Part shown: positions 52,001 to 64,000 of the stretch, piece by piece
Layout: each line of letters opens with the position of its first letter
Position numbering within the stretch: the stretch's first letter is position 1
Assembly (NCBI GenBank): GCA_002633005.1
Contig: NMRA01000720.1
Coordinates: 1 to 64,000 of the forward strand
Origin: Phoronis australis
Lineage: Eukaryota; Animalia; Phoronida
Direction: 5' to 3'
Length of the DNA: 64,000 nt
The notes under the pieces: model-generated
Seen by the model: the letters and a program-made list of their open reading frames with translations, nothing else
What the model was told of the DNA's origin: nothing
Database searches by the model: none
Position numbers and translations under genes: made by a program

Positions 52001-53557
52001 TGTTTTTCTGGGGAGCAGAGAATTACAAGGATGATATTCGCGCATAGGCTGTGAAGGTGGCGATTTCAAATTAGAGTAAAAAATGTTGTGTATGGATAGT
52101 ACTATATTGGTATGTGTTACCGCCGACATGTACCGTGGACATAACCTGCCTCAGCAAATGACGTACAATGTATTGTTCAGGGCTTGGAATGACCAATGAC
52201 AAAAAACGCGGAAACTTTTACGGCCCAAATCATGCCTGGAAATGGTCACTGTGAACCCTTCCTCGACAAAAATCGGGAGGACTAAAAAAAAAAAAACGTT
52301 ACCACCATCAGTACCTTGCGTCTGCGTCCTTTTAGCTCTTNTTTAGTGCGCAATGCGTAGGAATAGTAATGCTCGTTTTTTAAGAAAATATAGCACCTAT
52401 ACATGTATTAGTGTTCTAGGTAAATTGTTCCAACTGAATGTAATCATTGTTTTTCTGGGGAGCAGAGAATTACAAGGATGATATTCGCGCATAGGCTGTG
52501 AAGGTGGCGATTTGAAGTTAGAGTAAAAAATGTTGTGTATGGATAGTGTTATATTGGTATGTGTTACCGCCGACATGTACCGTGGACATAACCTGCCACA
52601 GCAAATGACGTACAATGTATTGTTGTAGTTATAGAGGTGTAGTTATTTTTATAAATCTCTAGTTTCTGAACGAGTGTACTTTAATTTAGACAAACTGGCG
52701 TTATAGAGGTGTTTGCTTTACTTTGCTAAAGTTGTTTTAACACATTAAAATGCGTTTGCATGCACTTTAATAAAAAGGTGTACACAATGCATAAACAAGC
52801 AAATTGTTTGATTGAAAAAATGTATATTCAGCCCTTATGAAAAATAAAACAGATTACATAACAAAAAGATGAAATGACAAAACATAATAATCAGATCGAC
52901 CTCCTAACAGCCATGCCCCTCTCTGCTCAGTAATCATATATCTTGTCCACCAAACTATATCTCCGACTCTCTGCTCAATACCCCGAGGTTGGTAAGAGAT
53001 TTTTTGAAAAACAGAAATCGAACGCAGTTTAAACATTGTAGGCAGACAAAGCTTCAAAAATAGCCATGAAACTTATAGGTCATGAGGCCTTCACCACTGG
53101 ACAGGTATAGAGTGTCTACATATCAACAGAACTGCATTTTCGTTTTAGTGAATAACAAAAATATTTGATTACCATGCATGCACGCACACCCAGGAGGGTT
53201 CAGGGGTGAAGTTAGGAAAAAAGGTACAACAGTTTACACTTACTCCATTTCATTTACATCATATTTTAACCAAAAGTCCCACAGGTTGCGCTGTGTACCA
53301 TCATTTAGTATGAGGTGCTATTAAAATGTAATTTTTGATGCATTTGACATTTGTTTACTCACGTAACTCCAAAATGATGAAATGAAAGAATTGATAAGTC
53401 CCCCTTAATGCTTTCCAAATATAAACAAACACTTACAAATTTGGCAACCTTTGTCCAAAGAGCTGAAACCAATGATGGTGCAACTTGAGATATCAATAAC
53501 ATCAGGATGAGATAATCAATCTCTTCCTGCTAACGGTCATAATGGCAGTTGATTACC

Positions 53558-53716
53558 AAGGACCAGTATCATGGACCAGTATCACCGACCAGTGTCATGG
53601 ACCAGTGTCACAGACCAATATCATGGACCAGTGTCACGGACCAGTATCATGGATCAGTGTCACAGACCAGTATCATGGACCAGTGTCACGGACCAGTGTC
53701 ATGGATTAGTGTCATA
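53558..53716. repeat. 14-bp minisatellite (ggaccagtRtcaY)
   Basis: Direct inspection. Confidence 0.85.
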
Positions 53717-53738
53717 TAACCATATGAACACAGCTTAA

Positions 53739-54647
53739 AGGCGAAGGCAACCTTTTTTCATGTCTTTTTTAGGAAAAATAAGGTTCGTTGGTTATCCCGG
53801 ACACATTTTCCACATAATTACAGCTTTTCATTATTTGATTAATTATTCGTTGTCTACTCCGGAAGTGACGAGTTGGGAGGCAAGAATTTCCCGCCTATTT
53901 ATTTTCGTATAGTCGGACTGTGAGAGCTGCTGAGTCAGTCATTGTTCTACCTCGGTTCTGCTAAGTTCGGTCATCGTGTGATTTTGTTTCCGAGTCTGTC
54001 AACATGCCACACTGTTGCTGTGTACCGGGATGTACTCATTATCGTTTCACGGACAGAGGAACAACTGTCCCACTTGGCCGAGTGTCCGCGACACACTCCC
54101 ACTGATAGTGACCTGAGCACACAAACTGTTTACACCTCGTCATGTGACTCCCTCGCCACACACCTGGCACCTTCTAAATACAGTAGCTCCAATACTTTAG
54201 ACAAGTCCACAATAAACTTATCCAAGTTTGGTTCACCGATCTGTTCATTGAACGACGAACTGTCCTCTTCACTGGATTTCGAACGGGGCCTGTATTCACT
54301 CTCACTAAACATCGCAGCAGGGCTGCTTACAGGCTTTGGGCCATAATGAGTACATCCCGGTACGCAGCAACAGTGTGGCATTTTGACTGACTCGTAAACA
54401 AATGCAAACGACAACTGAACTTACAACAACCGAGGTAGATGAATGACTGGCTCGACAACGCTCATGTAGTCAGACTATGGGAAAAGAAATTGGCGTGAAG
54501 TCCTTGCCTCCTAAAACGTCACTTCCGGAGTAGATAACAAATAATTAATCAAATAATGAAAAGCTGTAATTATGTGGAAAATGTGTCCGGGATAACCAAC
54601 GAACCTTATTTTTGCTAAAAATGACATGAAAAAGGTTGCCTTCGCTT
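53739..54647 (-). mobile_element. Non-autonomous Kolobok-like DNA transposon
   Basis: TTAA on both sides, AG/TT termini, ~220-bp TIRs, and an internal THAP N-terminus MPHCCCVPGC on the minus strand. Confidence 0.8.
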
Positions 54648-54739
54648 TTAATAAACTTGAAATAGTATTAGCAAGATTAATACATAACACTGTCTAGTAG
54701 GACTGCTTACAGGAGAAATGTGGTACCCAAGAGCCAAAG

Positions 54740-55262
54740 ATCTAGCCCACACACCATGACCACACATCATCCAGCGGACTAGTCCATGTATCTCCATCAA
54801 ACTAGTCAATGTATCTCCATCAGACAAGTCCATATATATCCAGAGAACTAGTCCACACATCATAACCACACAGCATCCAGTGGACTAGTCCATGTATCTC
54901 CATCAGGTTAGTCCATATATCTCCAAAGATCTAGTCCACACACCATGACCACACAGCATCCAGAGGACTAGTCCATGTATCTCCATCAGACTAGTCCATA
55001 TATCTCCAGAGAACTAGTCGACACACCATGACCACACAGTACCCAGCCGACTAGCCCATATATCTTCAACTTGCTAGTCCAGAGCATAGTCCATATATCT
55101 CTAGTGGACAGAGCATAGTCCATATATCTCTAGTGGACTTGGCATAGTCCATATATCTCTAGTGGACAAGTCCATAAGTCTCCAGCTGATTGGTTCATGT
55201 GTCTCCAGAGCCCAGTCCACATATCTCTAGTGGACTAGTCCATGTACCTCTAGTAGACTGGT
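54740..55262. repeat. Diverged minisatellite (gactagtccatRtatctc-type units)
   Basis: Direct inspection. Confidence 0.8.
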
Positions 55263-55838
55263 CCATTCACTGCATCTCGTCATGAAACAAAGCCCACTGC
55301 AGACCATAGTATGCACACAACCTGCATAGACAACCTGTTGACTTTTACAGTATTAGTCCCTTTCACCTTCTAATCTGCTGTAAGACAGAGAGACTCTCCA
55401 TGACCTGTGACCTCCAGTGACATCTGATCCTGATCAGTCAATCTTTCACTTTTCATCATAGTGACACGCCTTATTCTATCACTATTGTTCAAGAATCCTT
55501 ACAACTTCTGGCATGTAGGATGCTCAATGAAATTCAACTTGTGACCTCCACCAACTCTCAGTGACCTCCACGACCTCTCAGTGTCAGTCAGTCTTCCTCT
55601 GTATTATGATGACACTCATCCATCAGCTCTCAGAGTTCAGGAATGCTTGCAAACCTCAGGCAATTTGGAGCCACCGTAAACTTTAACCTCCAGTGACCCC
55701 TGACCTTTATTAGTCAGTCTGGTCCTTTGCAGCTTGATGTCTTGCTAGAACAGCTGGCTGGAGTCGTGGAATTCTTGTAAACATCTGGCATGCAAGATCC
55801 TGGCCGGCCTCCAACCGTCAATGACCCTATGACCCTGA

Positions 55839-55952
55839 TCAGCTGTTCTCTTTCTTCTGCCTCTTCCAGAACTTCTTAACGTCATCATGGCCATCTTTAG
55901 TCACCACCATCACTCTCTGGGCGGGGTTCTCCCATGTTAGCACACCAAGATC
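55839..55952 (-). CDS. GTF2H4: GTF2H4 terminal exon ([37 protein letters not shown])
   Basis: AG acceptor, phase 0, stop TGA; conserved p52 C-terminus GH.DVK.FWK. Confidence 0.95.
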   Translation of the reverse strand, partial: DLGVLTWENPAQRVMVVTKDGHDDVKKFWKRQKKENS

Positions 55953-56227
55953 CTGTTGGAGACAATAGACGCTACTAGATGAGAAACTTCATGAAATACA
56001 CAAGATTTAAAGACCTCCGTTCTCGTTTGTGATCTGAGAATTTTTGAGGAGCGCATTTGGTGAGTTAACATTATGGTAAGTATCAAACCCTGCTTCTGGC
56101 TGACAACTACAACAACATCTAAAACCTAGACTTCCAATAGATGTCACTTTCCTCACTCCATATTTCAGAGATTATTTCTAGCTGCTGTATTCATACTGAC
56201 TTATTTTATCACTGAGTGATAGCTTAC

Positions 56228-56368
56228 CCTAGCAAAGTCTCTGAGAAGTTCAAAGTCAGTTTGTGAGAGGAACTGACTATAGAGGACACCGTCGTTGAAC
56301 TTGAACCTATCACGCTCCAACTCCCACAGTCGTATCTGATCACTGATGGTAGGGGGCAGCACTGGCTT
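56228..56368 (-). CDS. GTF2H4: GTF2H4 exon ([21 protein letters not shown]...FAR)
   Basis: Canonical splice sites; hallmark [17 protein letters not shown]. Confidence 0.97.
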
Positions 56369-57020
56369 CTGCAAGAAAGACACGATAAAATGACTAACTG
56401 GGTAGAAATTACGAATAGGATGATCTTCGTGTGGTTTCTGTCTTTCACTGCTAAAGTAGTGAAGAGTCATTGAGAGTCGTCAAATTTCTTCAAACTAGAA
56501 CATAATATGGCAGAAGGGTAAGATTTTCAACAAGATTATTATGGTTGTCATGGAGAAATACACAAAGAAAGAAATGTTGAACATTTTATAGCAATACATT
56601 GAACGTTTCAAAGGACATTGAATTAATTGATGTTACAGACGATGCATGAGAAAAAGCATTCACTGACTCACTGCCAAGTTTTCTCAAGAGACAAGTAACT
56701 CAACTTATTCACAATAACCAGACTAGCATCAGCTTCAGTCAGCTGATGTGAGCACTTCAGCTATGCAGCCTGATCTCTCAGTGTCATCCTAGACTATATA
56801 ACTTCGCTGGTGAGACCGTATGAAGAACAAGATTCTAATCCACCCACAGGTGGCGCCACTCACAGTGGCTAGTGAGACCCTGACATCCCAGATATGCACT
56901 TCACTCTAGACCTTCACTATGTGTACAGGAATGAAGAACAACATTATGATCCACCCACAGGTGGCGCCACTCACAGTGGCTGGTGAGGCCTCAGGCATCA
57001 ACTCAGCCCCGGTTTACAGA

Positions 57021-57083
57021 GCCAGTATGGTGTAGTGGGCTGGTTCCTTTACTTGAGGACATGGGTTTGAGTCCCACTGGGGC
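57021..57083 (+). mobile_element. tRNA-derived SINE head remnant
   Basis: A-box-like tggtgtagtgg and B-box-like ggtttgagtcc; too short for a full cloverleaf. Confidence 0.4.
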
Positions 57084-57260
57084 GCACTGATAGACCTCAA
57101 GTCTCTAGCTCTCTAGCTTGGTTTAAATTGCATATTATTAAAGCATGCAAATGGTTCAAGGTGATCAGTGCAATGTGCCCAACCGATCGGCTGGCGCACG
57201 TCTGGCACAGTGTGTACCAGAACATTTGCAAAAATTTATGACCCACGGAAAACACTTGAC

Positions 57261-57439
57261 CTGTTTTAACATTTCCGAATGGGCATGACCTCGCAGAAAG
57301 TTGATGATCTGCTCAGCTGTGATGCCGCACAGTAATGCCTGTCGTACACTGTCACGTGTGATTTGACCAACAGTCAAATTGGGGAATCGGTACATGAGGT
57401 CGCAGAACAAGCCAAGCAGTGCCACCTGTAGTGACGATT
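57261..57439 (-). CDS. GTF2H4: GTF2H4 exon (ESSLQVALLGLFCDLMYRFPN...GITAEQIINFLRGHAH...)
   Basis: Canonical splice sites, phase 1-0; YRFPN and GITA.QII.FL motifs. Confidence 0.97.
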
Positions 57440-57712
57440 CTGTAACAAAGAATAAAGCTGTAGTTTACTAGTAATTAATCCCCAAGTACACTTTTTGAAA
57501 CAGGAGCCAAATAAATTATTTAATAAACATAAAATAAAAACAAATGTATTAAAGAAATGATATAACGATGATATAACAACGTACAAGAAAGACTACAAAT
57601 AATACAATAACACGATTTATAATTAAATTTCAGAATAATCAAAAAAACTTTTTAGCACCAGTTTTGGAGAATGGCTATTTTTTGTCACAATTACGAACTC
57701 TACTCAATTTAA

Positions 57713-58640
57713 AGGCCAAAGTAACATCTCCGCATTGCTTTTTGATCCAAGAACATTGTGTAGTGTCAACATGCTGTTTTATGTCTGGTGCTAAAGAGAT
57801 AAACACTTAGGGTCAATCTTGAGGTTCAGCATTCTAGCTGGAGGCACCAGGAAAACATCAAACCACTCTATGTTTTACATTGAGAAAGTGCATAGATTCG
57901 TAAACTAAAAACACTCATCAAAAATTATGCAAATGGCTATGTGATTTATCAAAATTCCAAATAAGCTGATCAATTTTATTTATTTAATAGTTTCCAGGGA
58001 AACAGAGCTAATTGGTAAGTGATCGCCTGCCTGGATACAGTGAGCATATTACCTCCCTTTTATAGAGTAACCAGACTGAGTATAGAGTTATGTGCTAAGG
58101 TCAACCTGTGGCTACCTCTATCTGTCCTCAACCTAAACTCTGTAATAGGGTTGTGTCGAATTACATGGTGACACTCAAATCTCACTGTTTACATACACAA
58201 TGCCACAATATCAGTCAAGCACTTCTGTAGAGCATCGTTGGAGTTCCACTTGTCATTTGTCCGTGCCGTATCCATTACAATTTGTTCTTAGCTCTATTAT
58301 TTAATTTGTCCTTCAAATGCCAACAAAGTGCTATGCTGTGGGTTGCGACTCTGGTGGGAGATTATTGGATAAACTTGATAAAAACTCAGGGATGTGTGAC
58401 CTTAACTCCTACCCTTTCCCGACACCAATCCAAGACAAGAGAGACAGAAAAAGCAAGACTGTCAAGCAGGACAGAATCCACTTTTTAGAAGAAACCTTTT
58501 CAATTGGGGTATTTTTCAATCACAAGTCAGTTAGAGTTGATAATATTTCCACAGCCATGCCATAGCTCGACAGTTTCCAACATGACCAATAGACAGTGCC
58601 TGACATTCTCAAATAATTCCGTTGATACAATGCGTTTTAA
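57713..58640 (+). mobile_element. THAP-containing transposon remnant (Kolobok-like) in a GTF2H4 intron
   Basis: TTAA-AGG at the left end; MPTKCYAVGC...YPFP THAP start at 58317. The right end is not defined. Confidence 0.45.
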
Positions 58641-58804
58641 GTCTGGAACAAAGGAGAGTCATACCCTAGTGTAACCCTCAACAGCCCAATTAGTCTTTAT
58701 GGTCAGGACAACAGTATAAGACTAACAGTATCTGTTAGTAAGCTCCGACTTGTGTAATGATTGACCTTATGTAGGTGGAGCTCCGACTGTCAGTCAAAAC
58801 TCAC

Positions 58805-58934
58805 CCGTGTAAGCGTATACCCTGTAGTTGGTCTCCACCACCAGGAAACCCTGTCTGTGAGTATCGCCCCCTTGTGACAGACCAGAGCCCAGGTTGATAG
58901 CCAAGTGTGTGGGATAGTATCTTTGACACTTGCG
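58805..58934 (-). CDS. GTF2H4: GTF2H4 exon ([15 protein letters not shown]...[15 protein letters not shown])
   Basis: Canonical splice sites, phase 0-1; YYPT.LA and VETNYR.YAYT motifs. Confidence 0.97.
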
Positions 58935-59515
58935 CTGAAAGGTAATGAGATATCACTGAACTGGTTGTAATGTTATTGAATTAGGGAACTGGTAATGACA
59001 TGCCACTGAACTGATTATAATGCTATTGAAAGATAATGAGATGTCACTGAACTGATTATAATGTTATTGAAAGATAATGAGATGTCACTGAACTGATTAT
59101 AATGTTATTGATCCAGGAAACTGGTAATGAGATGTCACTGAACTGGTTATAATGTTATTGAATTAGGGAACTGGTAATGACATGCCACTGAACTGATTAT
59201 AATGCTATTGAAAGATAATGAGNATGTCACTGAACTGATTATAATGTTATTGATCCAGGAAACTGGTAACGAGATGTCACTGAACTGATTACAATGTTAC
59301 TGAATTAGAGAACTGGTAATGAGATGTCACTGAACAGATTATAATGTTATTGAATTAGGGAACTGGTAATGACATGCCACTGAACTGATTATAATGTCAT
59401 TGAAAAGTAATGAGATGCCACTAAACTGGTTATAATGTTATTGAAAGGTAACAAGATGTCACTGAATTGATTAATATATTATTGAATTAGGGAAGTGGTA
59501 ACGAGATGTCACTCA
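58935..59515. repeat. ~41-49 bp minisatellite abutting a GTF2H4 acceptor
   Basis: Units gtaatgagatgtcactgaactgattataatgttattga begin at the intron/exon boundary. Confidence 0.9.
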
Positions 59516-59822
59516 AGTGATTTCAATGTACCACAATAATGACATTAAGAGTTGTACTGAAAATTGTGACTGGGTATCAAAACCTTAATATAAAATAGAC
59601 TATCGAATAATCTTTTGATAATAAAATGAAAGATTCTTTAAAAGTCTAATAAACTGAAGATGAGCTGCATACTTAATCGTTTACAAGGGTAATTAAAAAT
59701 GCACGGAATCAGGTAACAGCACCTGTACTACGCTGATTATAAAATTTAATGTGTTTAAATGGACAGTGTAATGATAAAACTACACAATGAAAATTGTGTT
59801 CTATATAATATTTATCCAGTAC

Positions 59823-59906
59823 CTTTCGTTGAAATACAAGTCCAAACTCTCTTAAATGTTGCAAAAACTTGAGAAGTTCTTCTTCCAATCCTTCAGAGGA
59901 ATAGTC
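59823..59906 (-). CDS. GTF2H4: GTF2H4 exon ([28 protein letters not shown])
   Basis: Canonical splice sites, phase 0-0; [14 protein letters not shown] motif. Confidence 0.97.
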
Positions 59907-60108
59907 CTGAAAATGGTAACAACTTCGTGTAAGTTTACATCATATTGGTGTAGTCCTGAAATTGGTAACAACTTCATGTAAGTTTACATCATATTGGTGT
60001 AGTCCTGAAAATGGTAACAACTTCATGTAAGTTTACATCATATTGGTGTAGTCCTGAAAATGGTAACAACTTCATGAAATTTTACATAACATTATGTAGT
60101 CCTGAAAG
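59902..60108. repeat. 49-bp tandem repeat, about 4 copies, duplicating the GTF2H4 acceptor
   Basis: Units start at 59902, 59951, 60000 and 60049, with a partial copy near 60097. Confidence 0.92.
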
Positions 60109-60398
60109 TGATAAAGAATTGACTCCCCGTAAGTTCTCAAATATTGCTGTGTTATTTTTCCAGATCATACCATACTCTCAAGTTTAGCCAGATATTTAGA
60201 CATTTCGTCGACCAACAATTTCTGTTCATTAAATTACTAAGCATTAAATTCCAACATACTAAAAGCAAAGTCTCAATGCTGTTTACAAGACAACACTACA
60301 CTTCTGATGTCATCATTCTTTTAAATACACCATAGATTTGCAACTTTGACATTTTCTTGCTAAATATCCTTGAGCAGGTGCCACCCCCTAAACGGACC

Positions 60399-60786
60399 AC
60401 ATGACCATTCCGTTTACTCACTGAAATTCACCAACAGGTGGAGTGATCGCTCACCGGTTAGTGTGTGGTGATGGGAAATTCTTGCGTCTATTTTATTGTC
60501 CAGTATAGCAGATGACGTACTTGCCGGAAGTAAAGAGAGTTATGTCTGTCAGGTGTCGCTAGTGAATAGCAACGTCATGGCTTATGCCTTAGATCACACA
60601 TATCATCCAGTGAGAACATTACAGAGTTGGACGTCCACGAACATATGTGATTACACAAACTCTAATTTGTTACCTGTGACATCATATTTCAGGGTTAATC
60701 ACATTTCTGCAATACGTAAGAAAAGAGCAGCTTAGTAATCACTCCACCTGTTGGTGAACTTCAGTGAGCAAACAGAATGGTCATGT
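60399..60786. mobile_element. MITE-like element with ~50-bp inverted termini
   Basis: acatgaccattccgtttactcactgaaattcaccaacaggtggagtgat and its near reverse complement at 60738-60786. Confidence 0.7.
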
Positions 60787-61142
60787 TAATGAATTCAAAT
60801 TGTGTTCGATTGTCACAGTAGTGGATTTCCAGGTCATTTTGTTTAAATACTTTCCGTGCCAGGGCTTGGAATAACCAATGACAAAAAGAAGTAATATTTC
60901 CACGTGGTGTATCCTTCCGCAAATAAAAAGGCTTGTGTGCTAGAACTATTTTTTGTGTTGTAAAACTCAACTGAAAGAAACAATTTTTCAAGGAAATAGT
61001 CAATAATAACAAAATGAGACAAAAAAGCAGAGAAAACTGGAAATCAGAAAAGAGGGAATTGCAACCAAAAAAGATGAAATCATCTTTAAAGAGGACAATT
61101 CCAAGCTGTGCCAACCATATTTATAAAACATTTGCTACTGAC

Positions 61143-61323
61143 CTTGCCCAGAGTTGAGAAGCTGAGTTGGAAGAGGAAGGACAGCAGTTTGACCAAATCT
61201 TGACCACGTGACTGGACAGTGTCCAGGTACTGTAGCATGAAGTGCCACACTTGAGACTGGGTGTCCATTAGTAGGAACTGGAACCCTGCTTGAGTGATGA
61301 CGGGTGCACCGTCGGGGGTCTCA
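61143..61323 (-). CDS. GTF2H4: GTF2H4 exon ([26 protein letters not shown]...[13 protein letters not shown])
   Basis: Canonical splice sites, phase 2-0; IT..GFQFLL.D motif. Confidence 0.97.
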
Positions 61324-61573
61324 CTAGAACAGGATGTAACGCAATCCTGTCAGTGTAAAGATTGTTTAGAAGTGCAAAAAACTTCCACCAGGTGTCTCAC
61401 TTTTATCATATACTTGCATGTACAGTGGAAATCAAAACACTTTAAAATTAAAATTAAGAAATTGGACTGCACCGTAGTCATTAGATCTAATGAAACGGGG
61501 AGATAAGTCTTAATTATTTTCAACACGTACTTGGCGTTCCCATACTATAACTATGTCCTTAGTCCCTAGTCAC

Positions 61574-61668
61574 CTTTTCATGAGGCCCGAGTGTAGTAAT
61601 ATCTCGACCACATCACGACTGACTCCATCCGCTGCCTCACGTGATCCGACCATGAAGTGAAGTATACA
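61574..61668 (-). CDS. GTF2H4: GTF2H4 exon (CILHFMVGSREAADGVSRDVVEILLHSGLMK)
   Basis: Canonical splice sites, phase 0-2; LHFMVG motif. Confidence 0.95.
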
Positions 61669-62628
61669 CTGGAATAACAAAGCTCATTATTAAAATTACT
61701 GAAATTTACTATTTTATTAGTAATTAACTTCAATTCACGTTTAACCTGTCAAATCAAAACCGTATTTTGGAGACACAATACAGAATCACCAATGTCACTG
61801 TGATCTCAACAAATATTAAAATTATCATTTAAAAAAATAAAATTGCAAAATTGTCATTCGTTCAACTCTGACTTAAGTGTAAGTATCATTATTTCCAAAA
61901 TAAGCCACTAATTTTTCGCATCATTTACTATGTCACAAGAAGCCAAAAAGCGTCAGAGGTCAGTTGCAGCCCTGTGTTCGTTGATAGTTAATCAGTTTCA
62001 ACACAATGCTTCAACTACAGATACTGTTTAAAAGTGTAAATAATCAGCCTATGCACTACTTTTGGCTTACAGAAGGACAAATTTGTTTGGCAAATTTGTT
62101 TCAGAGTAGCGTTCACTGTTTATGTTCATTAGACCCATAAAAAGTGAATGGCATAGTCATTAGATTAAATTCGTATTGCTTGTAATTCGTATAATATCCA
62201 TTTTTCACCAATTTATGCTCCAAAGATTCTCTGAAACCAGGGACAAATAAAAGTAAAAATCCATCTTTGTCAAGATGAAATGCTTCTTAGCAATAAGAAA
62301 AGTGAAATGACCATTGCCAATCCTAGTGTATAATGCATAGAGTAGTCAAATCCACTAGTGTATAATGCATAGAGTAGTCAAATCCACTAGACTAAGTGTA
62401 TAATGCATAAAGTAGTGAAATCCACTAGTGTATAATGCATAGAGTAGTCAAATCCAGCTTAGAGTGGATAAAAGTGGTTTAGGTCAAAACAAACGAGATG
62501 AAAATGAAAATACTTTGTACAAACACTTCTACCTATTCTTATTCCTTCATCTGGTTCTTGGTAACAGCTTCTAATTCCGCCAGTATATTGAAACCAGTTG
62601 AAACTATAGTAGCAATCTAATTGATTAC

Positions 62629-62722
62629 CTCCCATCTTTCTAAAGCATAGCTATTCAAGAAGTCGACACCCTTAGCGTGCTTATCCACCCCTAGGTCCGG
62701 CTGGGCTGCTGACGACTTCTCA
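62629..62722 (-). CDS. GTF2H4: GTF2H4 exon (EKSSAAQPDLGVDKHAKGVDFLNSYALERWE)
   Basis: Canonical splice sites, phase 2-0; DKH...L..YA.ERWE motif. Confidence 0.93.
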
Positions 62723-63231
62723 CTGAAACAAACACCAGCATTCAACTGATCACATTTTGCAGTGAGAATCTGTGAATATAAACAAACTGAGAAACAAAGA
62801 TCAAAAAAGATGAAATTACTTACTGTTCCTTACTGAAATTCCAGCAACAATTGGACAATTCAACGTTTTCACAATCTCCTACTTGAGATGCTGTAGACCA
62901 AAATCTTCAGACATGGGTTCAACTACATTACCTCTGTATATCTACATATGTTGTGTATTGCAGTTCTACTAGAAACAGGACTCATTTCATGGCATACAGT
63001 GCTTCCTCAATACATTTGCACAATTCCTGTTGTCTTCAACATTGACTTAGGTTTCTGTTCTCTGGTCTCCGTTAAAGATATTAGGAACTCTGTGAACCGT
63101 GCTACATAACTGACCTGTGAGCCATGATACTACATACAGGAAGGCTTAAAAATTGACAATACTTATATCTGGATGAGCCTGGATTTAGAAACCACTGTTG
63201 TCCGGAGTTGTAGGCCATGATGGGTACATAC

Positions 63232-63363
63232 CCCCCAAGAAATGCTGTCTTCATACTTCGACGGAACGCGCTGTGCAACGACCAGCCACTGATCCCTCCT
63301 CCAATCTGTGCTGTCTGCCAGATGTGAAGGTCACTCAGCTTATCGGATGCTACGACATACTCC
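63232..63363 (-). CDS. GTF2H4: GTF2H4 exon (EYVVASDKLSDLHIWQT...AFRRSMKTAFLGG); earlier exons lie outside the window
   Basis: Canonical splice sites, phase 2-2; L.IW...F...A.LGG motif. Confidence 0.9.
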
Positions 63364-64000
63364 CTGAAAGAACAAATGTCACTTCAATGACTAGAGCGCT
63401 TCTTCCGTATACTATTTTGACATGAAATCCCCTTGTATAATGCTTATAATATACAGATATGAGTGACAATAGTTTGCAACGTGTATAGCCCTGCAATTGA
63501 ACACATACGCCCAATTGTAGAGCCGTGCCTAATTGTGAAAGTTTGGCACGTGTGACTGTATGCAGGATATTTGAGTAGAATTTGACTTGATTATGGCGCT
63601 GAGGGTCATTTTATCAACAATCAACGCTAAAGGCTTTTTTAATATCAAGCTATGAATTGAATTGAAAAGAGTAACTAAATAGATTTTTGATCTAAAATTC
63701 CAACATTTACAAAAAGCGCTGTGTGAAATATAAGTCTTTAGTTGTAGAACATAAGCTTGCTGCAGGCGCCTTTATGTGGGACATTTGAGTGGAAAAAATA
63801 CATGATTTTGCACATAGGTGTATGTGCTTATTATACAGTAATAAATGAAAAAAATATGACATGTCACATTCAGAACAAAGAACAACAACAACAAAAAAGT
63901 GACTAATTTAGTTTGCAATATTAATTTGACACGACGTCATTATTAGAAATCTTTACCACAGCATCGTCGTGTCCATATTACAATCATTTAATGCTGAATT

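Noticed and set aside
57021-57083. tRNA gene
   Set aside because: The A and B boxes are too close together and there is no anticodon arm; treated as a SINE remnant.

Overview
AT-rich animal (probably marine invertebrate) genomic DNA with two N gaps. Three spliced genes can be rebuilt by eye. (1) The last three exons of HMCES (SRAP-domain abasic-site protector, + strand, 923-5396). (2) A complete secreted, GPI-anchored three-Ig-domain cell-surface protein of IgLON/Lachesin/DIP architecture (+ strand, 10632-44503). Its Thr/Pro/Gly-rich stalk is encoded by at least 12 frame-preserving phase-1 microexons of 18-48 nt, made by tandem segmental duplication. (3) Nine 3' exons of GTF2H4/TFIIH p52 (- strand, 55839-63363). 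Introns and intergenic DNA hold decayed Penelope-like elements (with a candidate variant hammerhead ribozyme), LINE fragments, a Tc1/mariner remnant, Kolobok-like THAP elements, several MITEs and many minisatellites. Two observations stand out: the modular microexon stalk, and five tandem arrays that start exactly at splice junctions, including a 41-fold amplified HMCES 5' splice donor that explains the spurious 706-aa ORF.
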